Source: a virus
Lineage: Duplodnaviria; Caudoviricetes
Length of the DNA: 57,578 nucleotides
Strand: one strand, 5' to 3'
IMG/VR virus record: IMGVR_UViG_3300017647_000281
Span: 1-57,578 of that record
This document shows, in pieces, positions 1 through 9,700 of the stretch; within the stretch, counting starts at the first letter, position 1, and the number at the start of each line of letters is the position of its first letter. The notes under the pieces were generated by a model, which saw only the letters and a list, made by a program, of their open reading frames with translations, searched no databases and was not told where the DNA came from. The position numbers were made by a program, and so were the translations under genes.

Positions 1-867
1 GTGGCGAGTCTCGACAACCACATATTCATGGCTCTAAGCCATTACAGAAGTTTGATCTCGGCCCACTTTGAGTGTCCGGTTCTGGCATACACCGGCCCGA
101 TTCACCCGGCCGTTCTGAGCTCTTATGTGGGGGCAATCGAGCACGTGGTGGGGGAGGTCACCAAAGACCATGCGCCTGGTCGGGTCTGCATAATCCTGGC
201 CACCCCCGGTGGCGTTGTCGAAGCAGTGGAGAAGATGGTTGAGGTCACTCGACACCACTTCACTGAGGTCTTCTTCGTCGTACCGACCGCCGCTATGTCT
301 GCCGGCACAATCTTCTGCATGTCCGGCGACAAGATCTACATGGACTACACGTCATCACTGGGCCCAATAGACCCGCAAGTCTCCCTTGAGAATGGGAGTC
401 TGGTGCCAGCGCTGGGCTACATCGATAAGGTGAACGAGCTGATCGATAAGTCAGCCAACGGCCGGCTGACCGATGCCGAACTGCTCATGCTGCAGCGGCT
501 TGACCTCGCAACCCTGCGTCGATACGAACAGGCGCGAGACCTCTCGGTAAGCCTTTTGAAGCAATGGCTCGTCAAGTACAAGTTCAAAGACTGGACTGTG
601 CACGCGAAAACTCATCCAGGAACCCCGGTTTCGGCCGATGAGAAGGAAGCACGCGCCGTGCAGATCGCCAAAGACTTGAGCGACAACAATCGTTGGCACT
701 CGCACGGGCGTATGATCGGAATTAGTACGCTAACCGATAGTCTGAAGCTTCGGATTGAGGACTATACGAACGAAGCGGACCTTAGGCAGAATCTGCGCAT
801 TTATTCTGAGTTGCTTGCTGAACACGCAGAAAGACAGCAATCGACTTTCTTGCTTCACTACACATGA
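1..867 (+). CDS. SDH-family (ClpP/SppA-fold) serine protease, moron
   Basis: Motifs TPGG, AMSAGT (catalytic Ser), LGPIDPQ (Asp), HSHG (His); opposite strand to late genes; start is at the window edge and uncertain. Confidence 0.8.
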   Translation: MASLDNHIFMALSHYRSLISAHFECPVLAYTGPIHPAVLSSYVGAIEHVVGEVTKDHAPGRVCIILATPGGVVEAVEKMVEVTRHHFTEVFFVVPTAAMSAGTIFCMSGDKIYMDYTSSLGPIDPQVSLENGSLVPALGYIDKVNELIDKSANGRLTDAELLMLQRLDLATLRRYEQARDLSVSLLKQWLVKYKFKDWTVHAKTHPGTPVSADEKEARAVQIAKDLSDNNRWHSHGRMIGISTLTDSLKLRIEDYTNEADLRQNLRIYSELLAEHAERQQSTFLLHYT

Positions 868-888
868 AGGGATCAGAGGGCACTGAAA

Positions 889-1083
889 ATGACGATTGAC
901 AAACGCACAGCCGAGGCAGTTGAGCGCGAGCTTGCAAGCCGTCCTGTGGAAAGAGCCGAGCGTCTGAACGAAATGAATGACCGCTTCGAACGACTGGTCG
1001 AGCGCGGAGCTATTCAGCCCGAACGCTACAAAATCGCTCCTATCAATCCAATTTCTTTGACCACCAACTATTCGTTCAGCTGA
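889..1083 (+). CDS. Small hypothetical protein (64 aa) co-transcribed with the SDH protease
   Basis: 22 bp downstream of the protease, GAGGG RBS, followed by a terminator. Confidence 0.7.
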   Translation: MTIDKRTAEAVERELASRPVERAERLNEMNDRFERLVERGAIQPERYKIAPINPISLTTNYSFS

Positions 1084-1100
1084 TTTAGCTGCGCATAGGA

Positions 1101-1127
1101 AAAAGCCCCTCACTGAGGGGCTTTTTT
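1101..1127. terminator. Bidirectional intrinsic terminator
   Basis: AAAAGCCCCTCA-C-TGAGGGGCTTTTTT between convergent genes. Confidence 0.85.
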
Positions 1128-1386
1128 ATTGGCAGCTCTGCACCGCCGCGAGCAACTGCGCCTCGTAACCCTTCCGCTGCTCCAGTTCAGCCAGCAGTGC
1201 CCGCACCTTGGTCTGCAAGCTGTCACCCTTTCGGAGCGACGCCGTGGCCCAGGTCGGTTCCTGCACTGCCGGCGCTCTACACGGAATAGCCACCGGCACC
1301 TCTACGCGCACAGTGCGCGGCTCGGCCTGCTGCTGAGCTGCGCATCCCGCCAACGCGACCAGCATCCCCATCACCAGCCATTTCAT
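1126..1386 (-). CDS. Outer-membrane spanin (Rz1-like lipoprotein)
   Basis: MKWLVMGMLVALAGC lipobox, Pro-rich, follows the Rz-like gene. Confidence 0.8.
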   Translation of the reverse strand: MKWLVMGMLVALAGCAAQQQAEPRTVRVEVPVAIPCRAPAVQEPTWATASLRKGDSLQTKVRALLAELEQRKGYEAQLLAAVQSCQ

Positions 1387-1757
1387 AGGCCCAGCTCCTT
1401 GTCGATGACCGCCTCTGCCGCTGCGCACTGGTCGCCATCGGCGTGCTCCTGCTGCAGGCGCTGCGCGGCGGCGAAGTGCTGGCCGGCCTGCTGCTGGGCA
1501 GCGGCCACGGCCTGGGCCGCCTCGGCCTGGCGCTGCTCGGCCTGATCAGCCAGGCCGGCGATGGCCGCGTTCTGCTGGCCCACCAGGGACTCCAGGTTGT
1601 CTCGCGCCGACTTGCACATGACCAGCAGGCCGGCAGTTGCATCGAGCTGGGGACGGTAGTGGCCGGCGGCCAGTCGCACGCCCAAGCCAGCGCCGGCGGC
1701 GACCAGCAGCAACGCGGCCAGCATCAGGGCCAGCGGTTTCGCCAGTAGCTCGCTCAT
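1383..1757 (-). CDS. Inner-membrane spanin (Rz-like)
   Basis: N-terminal TM helix plus Ala/Gln-rich coiled coil, lies between endolysin and lipoprotein. Confidence 0.78.
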   Translation of the reverse strand: MSELLAKPLALMLAALLLVAAGAGLGVRLAAGHYRPQLDATAGLLVMCKSARDNLESLVGQQNAAIAGLADQAEQRQAEAAQAVAAAQQQAGQHFAAAQRLQQEHADGDQCAAAEAVIDKELGL

Positions 1758-2230
1758 GCTGCAGCCCCCACGGCCTTCAGGTAGTTCGCCGGCCACTCCG
1801 CCGGCCGAGGCTTACCGGGACGCCAAACCCTCGCGTAGAGCTTCCAACCTCCCGCGGTATCGCCCAGCGCCGGGAGGGGCTGCGCATCGGTCCAAAGCAG
1901 CAAGCGGGCCAGGGCCGCGGCCAGGATGTCGTCCCGCTCAATCGCCTCCCACACCGCCTGCTCGGTAGGCTCTACACCGCGCTGCGCGCAGATACCGGCA
2001 GCGAGCCTTGCCGAAGCCGGGTGCATCAGCACTCCATGCACGCCACCGCCCCGCTCGTTTTGCCAGAAGCCACGCGCCGGCCCGTTACCGAGTTGGCGCC
2101 GATAAAGGAAGCCCGACTCCTGCAGGCCGATGCTCAGCAGCATGGCAATGGCCTGGGGACTAGTCATGCGGGCAGGCAGCAACGCCAGCGCCGGCTCGAG
2201 GATCGAGCGGCGCACCTGGATCAATTCCAT
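1754..2230 (-). CDS. Putative endolysin (lysozyme/transglycosylase-like)
   Basis: IGLQES...GPARGFWQ motif; immediately upstream of the spanin pair; GGAG RBS before ATG at 2230. Confidence 0.72.
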   Translation of the reverse strand: MELIQVRRSILEPALALLPARMTSPQAIAMLLSIGLQESGFLYRRQLGNGPARGFWQNERGGGVHGVLMHPASARLAAGICAQRGVEPTEQAVWEAIERDDILAAALARLLLWTDAQPLPALGDTAGGWKLYARVWRPGKPRPAEWPANYLKAVGAAA

Positions 2231-2321
2231 AGGCATCTCCAGAAACGAAAATGCCCGCCTATCGGCGGGCATGGTGGGTGAAGGTCTTGCTATCCTCTGG
2301 CCGCCAATTGGAGGGCGACCG

Positions 2322-2471
2322 ATGAAGGAACAACGGAAGTTGCGCGGGCTGCGCGCCCACGTCGACGAACTACTGAGCCAGGGCTGGCAAATCTCGGCGC
2401 GCGAACCGCTGGCCCTAAAGCGTGGCCGGCAGCGCCTGCACTACCGACACGGGATGCTGGTCAGCGCCTGA
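2322..2471 (+). CDS. Small basic hypothetical protein (49 aa)
   Basis: GGAGG RBS, ATG at 2322, ends at a bidirectional terminator. Confidence 0.6.
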   Translation: MKEQRKLRGLRAHVDELLSQGWQISAREPLALKRGRQRLHYRHGMLVSA

Positions 2472-2475
2472 ATTG

Positions 2476-2502
2476 AAAAGCCCGCCAGACGGCGGGCTTT
2501 TT
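2476..2502. terminator. Bidirectional intrinsic terminator
   Basis: AAAAGCCCGCC-AGAC-GGCGGGCTTTTT. Confidence 0.85.
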
Positions 2503-2504
2503 GA

Positions 2505-2837
2505 TTACTCCGGCCGGGCGGTGTGCCAGCCGCCCTTCGCCATGCGCTTTTGCACCATCTGCTGATAGGCGCCAGGTTCTGGCGGGTTTTTGCGCTGGTG
2601 CCGACGGTGATTGCACACGATGCACGCCGCGGCGATGTTGCTGGCCTGATTGCTTCCACCATCCTGACGCGCGCGCAGGTGCTCGGCGGTGCATTGGAAT
2701 GCACGCGCCTGCTGGCGGGAAACGCCATGGTGTTTGGCGAACTGTTCGGGGGAGGCTTGCCACATCGGGCAACCGCAATAGCAGCAGCGGCCGTGTTGGC
2801 GTTGGAAGGCTTGGGTGCGGGCCTTACGAATGTTCAT
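2505..2837 (-). CDS. HNH endonuclease (110 aa)
   Basis: CCYCGC ... EHLRARQDGGSNQASNIAAACIVCNHRRH zinc-binding HNH motif. Confidence 0.88.
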   Translation of the reverse strand: MNIRKARTQAFQRQHGRCCYCGCPMWQASPEQFAKHHGVSRQQARAFQCTAEHLRARQDGGSNQASNIAAACIVCNHRRHQRKNPPEPGAYQQMVQKRMAKGGWHTARPE

Positions 2838-2847
2838 CTCTGCTCCA

Positions 2848-2984
2848 AGGGCCTGACGGCCCTCCTAGTTAAAGGAAGTCCGTCGTCCGCCTGCAGCGAG
2901 AAGAACGGTGGCCATGTCTGTGACAATGGCCTCAAGGAGTCTAAAGAGAACTCCAGGCACTACCCGTTAGCGGGTAGGTGGCCT
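2848..2984 (-). ncRNA. Candidate structured RNA/leader upstream of the HNH gene
   Basis: Adjacent inverted repeats at 2955-2984, 2936-2954, 2910-2931, 2856-2885 and 2848-2863; no ORF; promoter-like TTGTGC...TAAATT upstream. Confidence 0.55.
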
Positions 2985-3020
2985 GAATTTATTCCATCGC
3001 CCGCTCCTTGCACAACACCC

Positions 3021-3257
3021 TCACACCTCGAAGTCGTACTGCGGCAGGCTTGGCGCCTGCCCTATCACCTGCCCGTCGACCAGGAAGGCGATCTGCCCGG
3101 CCGCCACGCTGGTGCCTCGCGCGACGACCTGGCTGCCTGTACGCAGCTGCAGCACGCTTGTGCCGGCGGCGGCGTCGACACTGACCACCTCCCCGACCGT
3201 CTTGGCGCCGCCCGGCAGCAGGCCGATGAAGCGTTTCCAGGGGTTTACCGTGGCCAT
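3021..3257 (-). CDS. Small tail-tip structural protein
   Basis: Last gene of the translationally coupled tail operon; MATVNPWKRF N-terminus. Confidence 0.65.
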   Translation of the reverse strand: MATVNPWKRFIGLLPGGAKTVGEVVSVDAAAGTSVLQLRTGSQVVARGTSVAAGQIAFLVDGQVIGQAPSLPQYDFEV

Positions 3258-5017
3258 CAACTGCTCCCGTAGTGGCGTTCGATCTTGAGCGTCTGCCAGA
3301 CCTTGCTGGCCCCGATGCCTTCCGCGCTGATGTCGACGCCCAGGCAGAGGCCACGCCAGGTGGCGTCGGGGTCGCGGAACTCCACCAGCATGCCCGGCTG
3401 TACCAGCCCCGGCGCACTGCCGCCCACCTCGAACAGCGGGATGCGCCGCGTCTCGATGGCCTGGCTACCGCCCTTGGACAACTCGCAGATCCCGCGCGAG
3501 CGGCCCACGTCGGTCCCGGTCATCCAGTCATCCATGACATCCGGCGCAGGCTCATCACCGGCCGTTCCTGCGCGGCGCACCTGCACGCTGACCCCGTAGT
3601 TGGTGCCGCTGACGTAGACGAAATTCCACTGCGGCTGTGGGCTCCACTCGCTGCCCCACTCCGCGACGATCTCCGCCGGCACAACGCGGTCAGGCACCGC
3701 TGTGCTCCAGAACCAGGTCGCCTCCCGGTAGCGCGGCAGGATAGTCAGGGAGTCGTCGGCAAGTCCCGGCCGCACGATGCCGCCCGCCACCTCGGCCAGG
3801 CGGTGGATCACCTCCATGGCCGTCATGTCGGTGTAGCTGAAGGCGCCGGCCGGCAGCGTCCAGTCCGGCGGCCCCATGGCCACCGTGTCCCAGCTGGCGG
3901 AAAACCCGGTGTACTCCAGCTGGTCGTCGACCACGTTGCGCGCATTCACCTGCGCGGCGTTCATCCCGCTGCGCTTCGGCGCGTATGGCGACGCCAGCAG
4001 CTGCGTGCGGCTGCCACCGCTGATCGAGTAGCGCTCGCTCGGGTGCTTGCCGCTGCCGCTGTAGCGCTCCATCAGGAAGCGCCACACCCAGCCATTGATT
4101 GTCAGCTCCAGGGTCTTCGGGCCGTCCGCATCCGGCAGCACCAGATTCAGCGAGGTGCGGCCGAAGAGATCCGCAGAGAAAGTCCAGGCGAAGCTGTCGA
4201 TGTCCAGGCCGATGCGGATGTTGGTGGCATCCAGGGGCGTGCCGCTGGGCAGCACCGTGAGCGTCACGGTGTTGGCGATCATGTAGGTCTCCAGAATGTC
4301 GGGCTCTTGCGGCGGATCGATCACCACCACAGGCCCCGGGTAGTCCGGGTAAACGATGCCGGTCGGCTTCGGGTCGGTCGGCGTGCCCCAGCCCCACGGC
4401 AGGGTGCGCATCTGGTCGATGATCCGCGCCGGGGTGAAGCGCACCACCGTGCCACTGTCCACCGGCTGGATGGCATGCGGCCGTGCGGTGTAGCGGAAGT
4501 CGAAGAACACTGAGGCCGTGGTGCTGGGGATGTAGCGCTCCCCCGAGAAGGAGAACTCCACCACTCCGGCCTTCGGGATGTAGAGGCTGGCGGCGCGCTC
4601 GGCAGCAGCATCGAAGCGCTGGCCCAGTTCGTCGCTGCGGAACCAGGCCTGCCCACTGGCGGTGTCCTTGCGCGCCGGCTTCGGGTTGTAGATCAGCCGT
4701 AGGCGGACGTCCTGTCGCTTGATCGAGTGATCCCAACCCAGGTGCTGGGCAAGGTCCTTCTGCGCGACGGTGTCCCAGCTGCAGCCGCCGGCTGCGTCGA
4801 GGCCGCTGCCCTTACCCCAGCTTGAGCCATGCCCTTGATCGGCCGGCGCCACGGTGTCCCAGCGGCCAGCCAGAGAGGCGTTCCGCTCCTCGCCCTGGCC
4901 CCAGGGTGCTGCGGGGGCCACTTCCTTCGCGGCTACCGTCCCCCACATCGAGCGGCGCTCAGGATCGAACTGGCGGCGGGCCTTGCTCCAGCCCGCCACC
5001 GCGTCATGAGTCAGCAT
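3257..5017 (-). CDS. Tail/baseplate hub-like virion protein
   Basis: 586 aa, coupled within the tail operon, beta-rich. Confidence 0.65.
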   Translation of the reverse strand: MLTHDAVAGWSKARRQFDPERRSMWGTVAAKEVAPAAPWGQGEERNASLAGRWDTVAPADQGHGSSWGKGSGLDAAGGCSWDTVAQKDLAQHLGWDHSIKRQDVRLRLIYNPKPARKDTASGQAWFRSDELGQRFDAAAERAASLYIPKAGVVEFSFSGERYIPSTTASVFFDFRYTARPHAIQPVDSGTVVRFTPARIIDQMRTLPWGWGTPTDPKPTGIVYPDYPGPVVVIDPPQEPDILETYMIANTVTLTVLPSGTPLDATNIRIGLDIDSFAWTFSADLFGRTSLNLVLPDADGPKTLELTINGWVWRFLMERYSGSGKHPSERYSISGGSRTQLLASPYAPKRSGMNAAQVNARNVVDDQLEYTGFSASWDTVAMGPPDWTLPAGAFSYTDMTAMEVIHRLAEVAGGIVRPGLADDSLTILPRYREATWFWSTAVPDRVVPAEIVAEWGSEWSPQPQWNFVYVSGTNYGVSVQVRRAGTAGDEPAPDVMDDWMTGTDVGRSRGICELSKGGSQAIETRRIPLFEVGGSAPGLVQPGMLVEFRDPDATWRGLCLGVDISAEGIGASKVWQTLKIERHYGSS

Positions 5018-5772
5018 CAGGTGAACTCCACAGGAATGGGGCCGCGCCCTTGCGGCGGGTAGTAGCGGTGAACCTCGGCGCGCGCCGTACCCAGCGGCTG
5101 CGGCCCCAGCAGGCTGTCATCCCACCAGGATGGCTCCGCAGCGGGCAGTTGCCCGGCCTGGGTGATCCGATAGATCCAGCCCATGAAGACCGTGGGCCGA
5201 ATCAGGTCGCCCTCGGCGACGTTCAGCGACGGCTGGAACACGGTCCCCCAGGCATCCATCGCCACGACGTACACCTGGCCGGAGCCTGCAACGCGCAGAT
5301 CCATGTCTAGATCGCCGGCCACCGTGGCGCCAAACCCCGCCACCCGCCACTCGCCACTGGGCACTCGCTCAAGCGCCACGATGTCCCGGTTAGCCGGCAC
5401 ACCGTCTACTTTCACCGTCGCCAACAGTCCTGCCGGAGTCCCGCCACCGCTACCCGATCCGTCGTTGAGGTCCATTGTCAGCACGACGTCCTCACTGATC
5501 ACGGGATAGCGAGCGGCAGCACGCGCCGGCGCGACCTCGTCCTTGGCCAGCAGCAAATGGGGAATATCGACAGCTGTCGACAGGAACTTCTGCGGTGCCG
5601 ACGCCACATCCCGGCAGATGAAGAGTGCCCGGACCGTCAGAGTGTCAGGCGACAGCAGCATCGCCAGCTTCGGCGTAGCGGTCGCCTCTCCATCGCGCGT
5701 CAGCCGCACCGAGAGCGTGCGCAGAGCCAACGTCAGCGGATAGGGGATAATTACAGGGTCAACGTAGATCAT
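5017..5772 (-). CDS. Virion structural protein (tail accessory)
   Basis: Coupled in the tail operon. Confidence 0.6.
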   Translation of the reverse strand: MIYVDPVIIPYPLTLALRTLSVRLTRDGEATATPKLAMLLSPDTLTVRALFICRDVASAPQKFLSTAVDIPHLLLAKDEVAPARAAARYPVISEDVVLTMDLNDGSGSGGGTPAGLLATVKVDGVPANRDIVALERVPSGEWRVAGFGATVAGDLDMDLRVAGSGQVYVVAMDAWGTVFQPSLNVAEGDLIRPTVFMGWIYRITQAGQLPAAEPSWWDDSLLGPQPLGTARAEVHRYYPPQGRGPIPVEFT

Positions 5773-5775
5773 GAC

Positions 5776-6774
5776 TCACCCCCAGTCCGCCGCATCCAGG
5801 CTCGCGAAGAAGCCCAGGTCCTGGGTATACCCGAAAATCGGCAGCCACTGCCGCCCGCCCGGAATGTTGATAGGCCTTACTCGGCCCTGCCAGGTATTGG
5901 TCAGCCCCAGCGTCACAAGCACTTCAGACAGTGGCGAGATCGACAGGCAGGGTTCGGTGATGAGCCCGCGCAGATACCCCGCAATTGCGGCCTGGCTGCT
6001 GGTTGTCGCCCCATTCAACCCCGACCCGAAGCACGCAAGAGCAGCGCGAACAGGCTGCAATCGAGCCGGATACACCTTGGCGCGGAGATTCTGATAGAAG
6101 CCTGCAATACGCGAGTCGCCGAAGTTCGCCCCCGGAGCAAAGTAGCGTGGGGCAGCCCCCTGGTCGACAACCCCTGTGAAGGGATTCCGAAGGCAGCAGC
6201 CATAGGCCTGTGTGAACCAGCCATTGCCCGAAGTGTTGTAGCCGTTGCCGACTGAACAGAACTCCGCGGGACCGCTCAGCCCCATCGCATTGATGTATCG
6301 CCCGAAATACTGCGCCGAATAGGTGATGGCCGAAATGGCATTGGCGGACGTGGTGCTGGTCACGTACCCCGCTTGATAGATGCAGGTTTTCTCGTCGGCG
6401 ACGACCATCCAGTGGTTGATCAACGAATTCTGCAGATAGTGAAATCCGCGGGTGGTCTCAGAGGAACCGTCGTACCAGTAGGCGGAACGACGGTTCACCC
6501 CGCCCGCCAGGCCTGTCGTGCCATCGGTGACCGACTCCATGATGTAGATGCCGACGAACTCTGCAGAGCTATTGCGGACATAGTTGACGAAGCCATCACC
6601 GTTGCCGAGGCTGAAGCCGGCGGGGATATCGTGCCCCACCGTCCACCCAGCACCTGGCTTGCCGCCATAGCCCGTCACCAGGCAGGCCATCAGGATCGTG
6701 CGGATCTTGTCGAAGTGGTCGCCGGTCAGCGCCGGCGCCCCCGTGTCCAAGCTCGTATAAACACGAACAGTCAT
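5776..6774 (-). CDS. Putative tail fibre/receptor-binding structural protein
   Basis: N-terminus YTSLDTGAPALTG...LMACLVTGYG typical of this tail type; C-terminal part has less biased codon usage. Confidence 0.62.
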   Translation of the reverse strand: MTVRVYTSLDTGAPALTGDHFDKIRTILMACLVTGYGGKPGAGWTVGHDIPAGFSLGNGDGFVNYVRNSSAEFVGIYIMESVTDGTTGLAGGVNRRSAYWYDGSSETTRGFHYLQNSLINHWMVVADEKTCIYQAGYVTSTTSANAISAITYSAQYFGRYINAMGLSGPAEFCSVGNGYNTSGNGWFTQAYGCCLRNPFTGVVDQGAAPRYFAPGANFGDSRIAGFYQNLRAKVYPARLQPVRAALACFGSGLNGATTSSQAAIAGYLRGLITEPCLSISPLSEVLVTLGLTNTWQGRVRPINIPGGRQWLPIFGYTQDLGFFASLDAADWG

Positions 6775-9700
6775 CAGTCAGCATCCCCTCGAATCTGCAG
6801 GCGGAACTGGTCGTCATCGACCGTGCCCTGACCGCTCAGCACCGTGCGCGCCAGCCACACGGGCCCCAGCGCCGAGTCGGTGTTGAAGCGCACCGCATTG
6901 GCCGCCGCCCAGCCGATCCCCCACCCTTCTTTCTTGATGGTGAAGTACGGCGTATTGGTCTGCGGGTTGATCGGTGCGCAGTCCGCCGCCGTGTTGCCGG
7001 TGGTGATTACGCCTAGCTTTTCCTCGACCACCTGGAACTGCGAGGCACTGGTGAACACCAGCGCCCACTTCCCATCGATCGCCCCCATGTTGGTGATGAT
7101 CGGCGGGTAGCTGAGCTGGTCGTAGTTCGCCGTGGTGGTCTCGCCGACGGGCGCGTCCGTCCAGTTGGGCGCCCCGGTGTTCCAGGCTTTTTGGGTGAAC
7201 CAGTGGTGATAGCGCGCCTGCAGGTCGCCCCAGCTGAGCGCGCTGCTCACCGTCGCCTCGTTCGCCGGCATGTCCCAGGGCACCGGCGAGGCCAGGCCGA
7301 TCTCGCCGCTGATCTGCACCTCGGTGCACAGCGTCATGTGCTCGACGCGGTCGTGCACCACCAGCGGCAGCGTCAGCGGGTTGCCCTCCTCGTCCTGCAG
7401 GACCAGCGGGTTGGCCCACGTCACCGTTCCCGCCGCACGGTTCGCCGTGAAGCTGGCGGCGCGCAGGGCGGTACCGTTGGCGTCGAACACCTCGATCTCG
7501 GCCTGCTGCTGCCGCGCCAGGGCCAACGTGCCGCCGGCCACAGGCGAGGCGACTACGGTCTCCGCGACGTGGCGGATCACCAGCACGTCAGCCTCGCGGA
7601 ACTGCGGCACCCGGCCATCCGCCGGTAGGCGCACCGGATCGAGCCCGATCAGGTTCGCGTCAAGCGGCAGCGTCGAGTAGACGACCGCGTTGTAGCGCAG
7701 CAGGATCGGGATCACCGGGATGTCGCTGGCCCCGGTCTGGTCGTCCAGGTTCGAGGTGAACCGCAGCCTGACGATGCCCGTCGCGATGTCCACCGTGCCC
7801 TTGATCACCGCCCCGTTCAGCACGCCGTTGGCGTCGGCCGTGGCCGTCACCACCTGAGCGTTGTCGACGCGCACCGCGGTGACCTGCAGGCTCGCCGGCC
7901 GCAGCGGCGCCCCGGGCGTGCGGAACGTCATGGCGTTGACCGCGAACCCGGAGTTCGTGGTCAGGCACGCCAGCAGCGTGACGGCCGCCGCAGCGCCGGC
8001 CGGGTAGGTGCTGAGCGTGGCCGCGCGGCCGGCATAGTCCACCGAACCGACCGCCACCCCGGCGTTCGTGGTGCTGCTGACGTTCTTGTACAGCACGCCG
8101 GAGCGGTCCACGTAGGTCTCACCGGCGTAGGTGAACACCAGCGAGCCCGGCAGGATCGACTCCGACACGCCCGGCAGCAGGTCAAGGGTGACCGGGACCA
8201 CGGCCTGGGTGTCGGTCTGATCGCCGTAGCTCTGACTGTTGCTCTGCGCGCGGATGGTCAGCGTGCCACCGAAGTTCTCCATCTCGCTGCGGTCGGTGCT
8301 GACCAGCTCGATGGTGTCCGGGTTGAACCCGTGTTTTTCCGTCGCGTAGGTGAATTCCTTGTAGGTGTAGGTCCGCGCCACCTGCAGCGAGCAGGCGCCG
8401 GTCGAGTAGTTGATGCTCCCGGCCCGGCCGCCGCCCCAGCCGCCGGCGGTGTTGTCGCTGACGGCGTTGTTGACCAGCACCTCCGACTCGTACACCGGCA
8501 GGCTGTTGCCGCTCTCCAGCACGCCGTGGTCGATAGCCGGCACGGCCTGCCTCTGCTTCGTGATCCAACTGATCTGCACCGAACCCGGCTTCAGCGGCGC
8601 GCCCGGGATGGTGAACGTGGTCATGCCGGTGCTGTCCGAGGTCACCGCCAGCGGGGTGTCGGTGAACGCCCCTTGCTGGTAGGTGTGGGTGATCGCCGTC
8701 CCGGCGTCCGGGGTAGCGGTCAGTTCCATGCTCACAGTACCGGCGGCGTAGTTGATGACGCCGCTGCCGCCGGAGCCGGACAGCGTGCCGTTGCCGGCGT
8801 CGACGACGGTCTTGGTTACCCCGCCGACCTTGAAGCTGGCGGTGTAGGAGCCCGGCAGCAGCCCCTGGTGGGGCAGCGTCCTGTTCACCTTGGCCTTGGC
8901 CTGGATGCTCACGCCGGTGCGCTGGGTGAACGCGGCGCTGTTCTGCCCCACGTAGGCCCAGATCACCGAGCTGCCGACGTCCGGCAGGGCGTTCAGCGTC
9001 AGCGACACCGAACCGGTGTTGAACTGGATGGTCCCGGTGCCCTCCCCGGCCAGCTCGCCGTTGCCCTGGTCGCGGAGCACCTGCCACTTGCCCAGGGCCA
9101 TGTAGGAGATTTCGAGCGTGCCCGGCATGGGTGGCGCGTCGGACAGGCTCAGCGTGTACACGTAGCCACGGTTCGACAGGTCGACCGGGATCTCCCCGGT
9201 GACGGTCTCGCCGGTCGCTGCGGCGCCAGGCTGGTGGCTGGCGGTGGCCGCGCCGGTGTAGCCGGCGCCGGTGCGCACCAGGTTGATCTCGCCTGTCTCG
9301 TAGTCGATGGTGCCGCTGGTGATCCAGTTGCTGCCCGACACGTAGCGCAGGCCGCCTTTGCTGTCGTCGGCGAAGGTGCCGCCGTTGACGGACAAGCTCA
9401 GGGTACCCGGGGCGCAGCCGGTGCCGAGGAAGGTCCGCGACTGGCCGCCGCTGACCAGGGCGAACGTCAGGTTCACCGAGCGCGCCGGCCCGGTGGCCAG
9501 CACGATGCGTCGCTGGTAGCCGCCGAGTTGGTCGATCAGCGCGTTCTCGCGGGTGCTCGACGGCACCAGCTGGGCGTAGACGGATTTCACCCGCAGGCTC
9601 AGTGCGCCCTCGGCGACGGCCTGGGCCAACGGGCTGATACCGTAGTAGTGCGCGGCATCCGCTACCTGGGTAGTGAGGATCTGGCTCTTGGTGCCGCTGG

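Noticed and set aside
2505-2837. IscB/Cas9-like nuclease or terminase-associated packaging HNH
   Set aside because: Only 110 aa with no RuvC or PLMP motifs, and ~20 kb from terS/cos.
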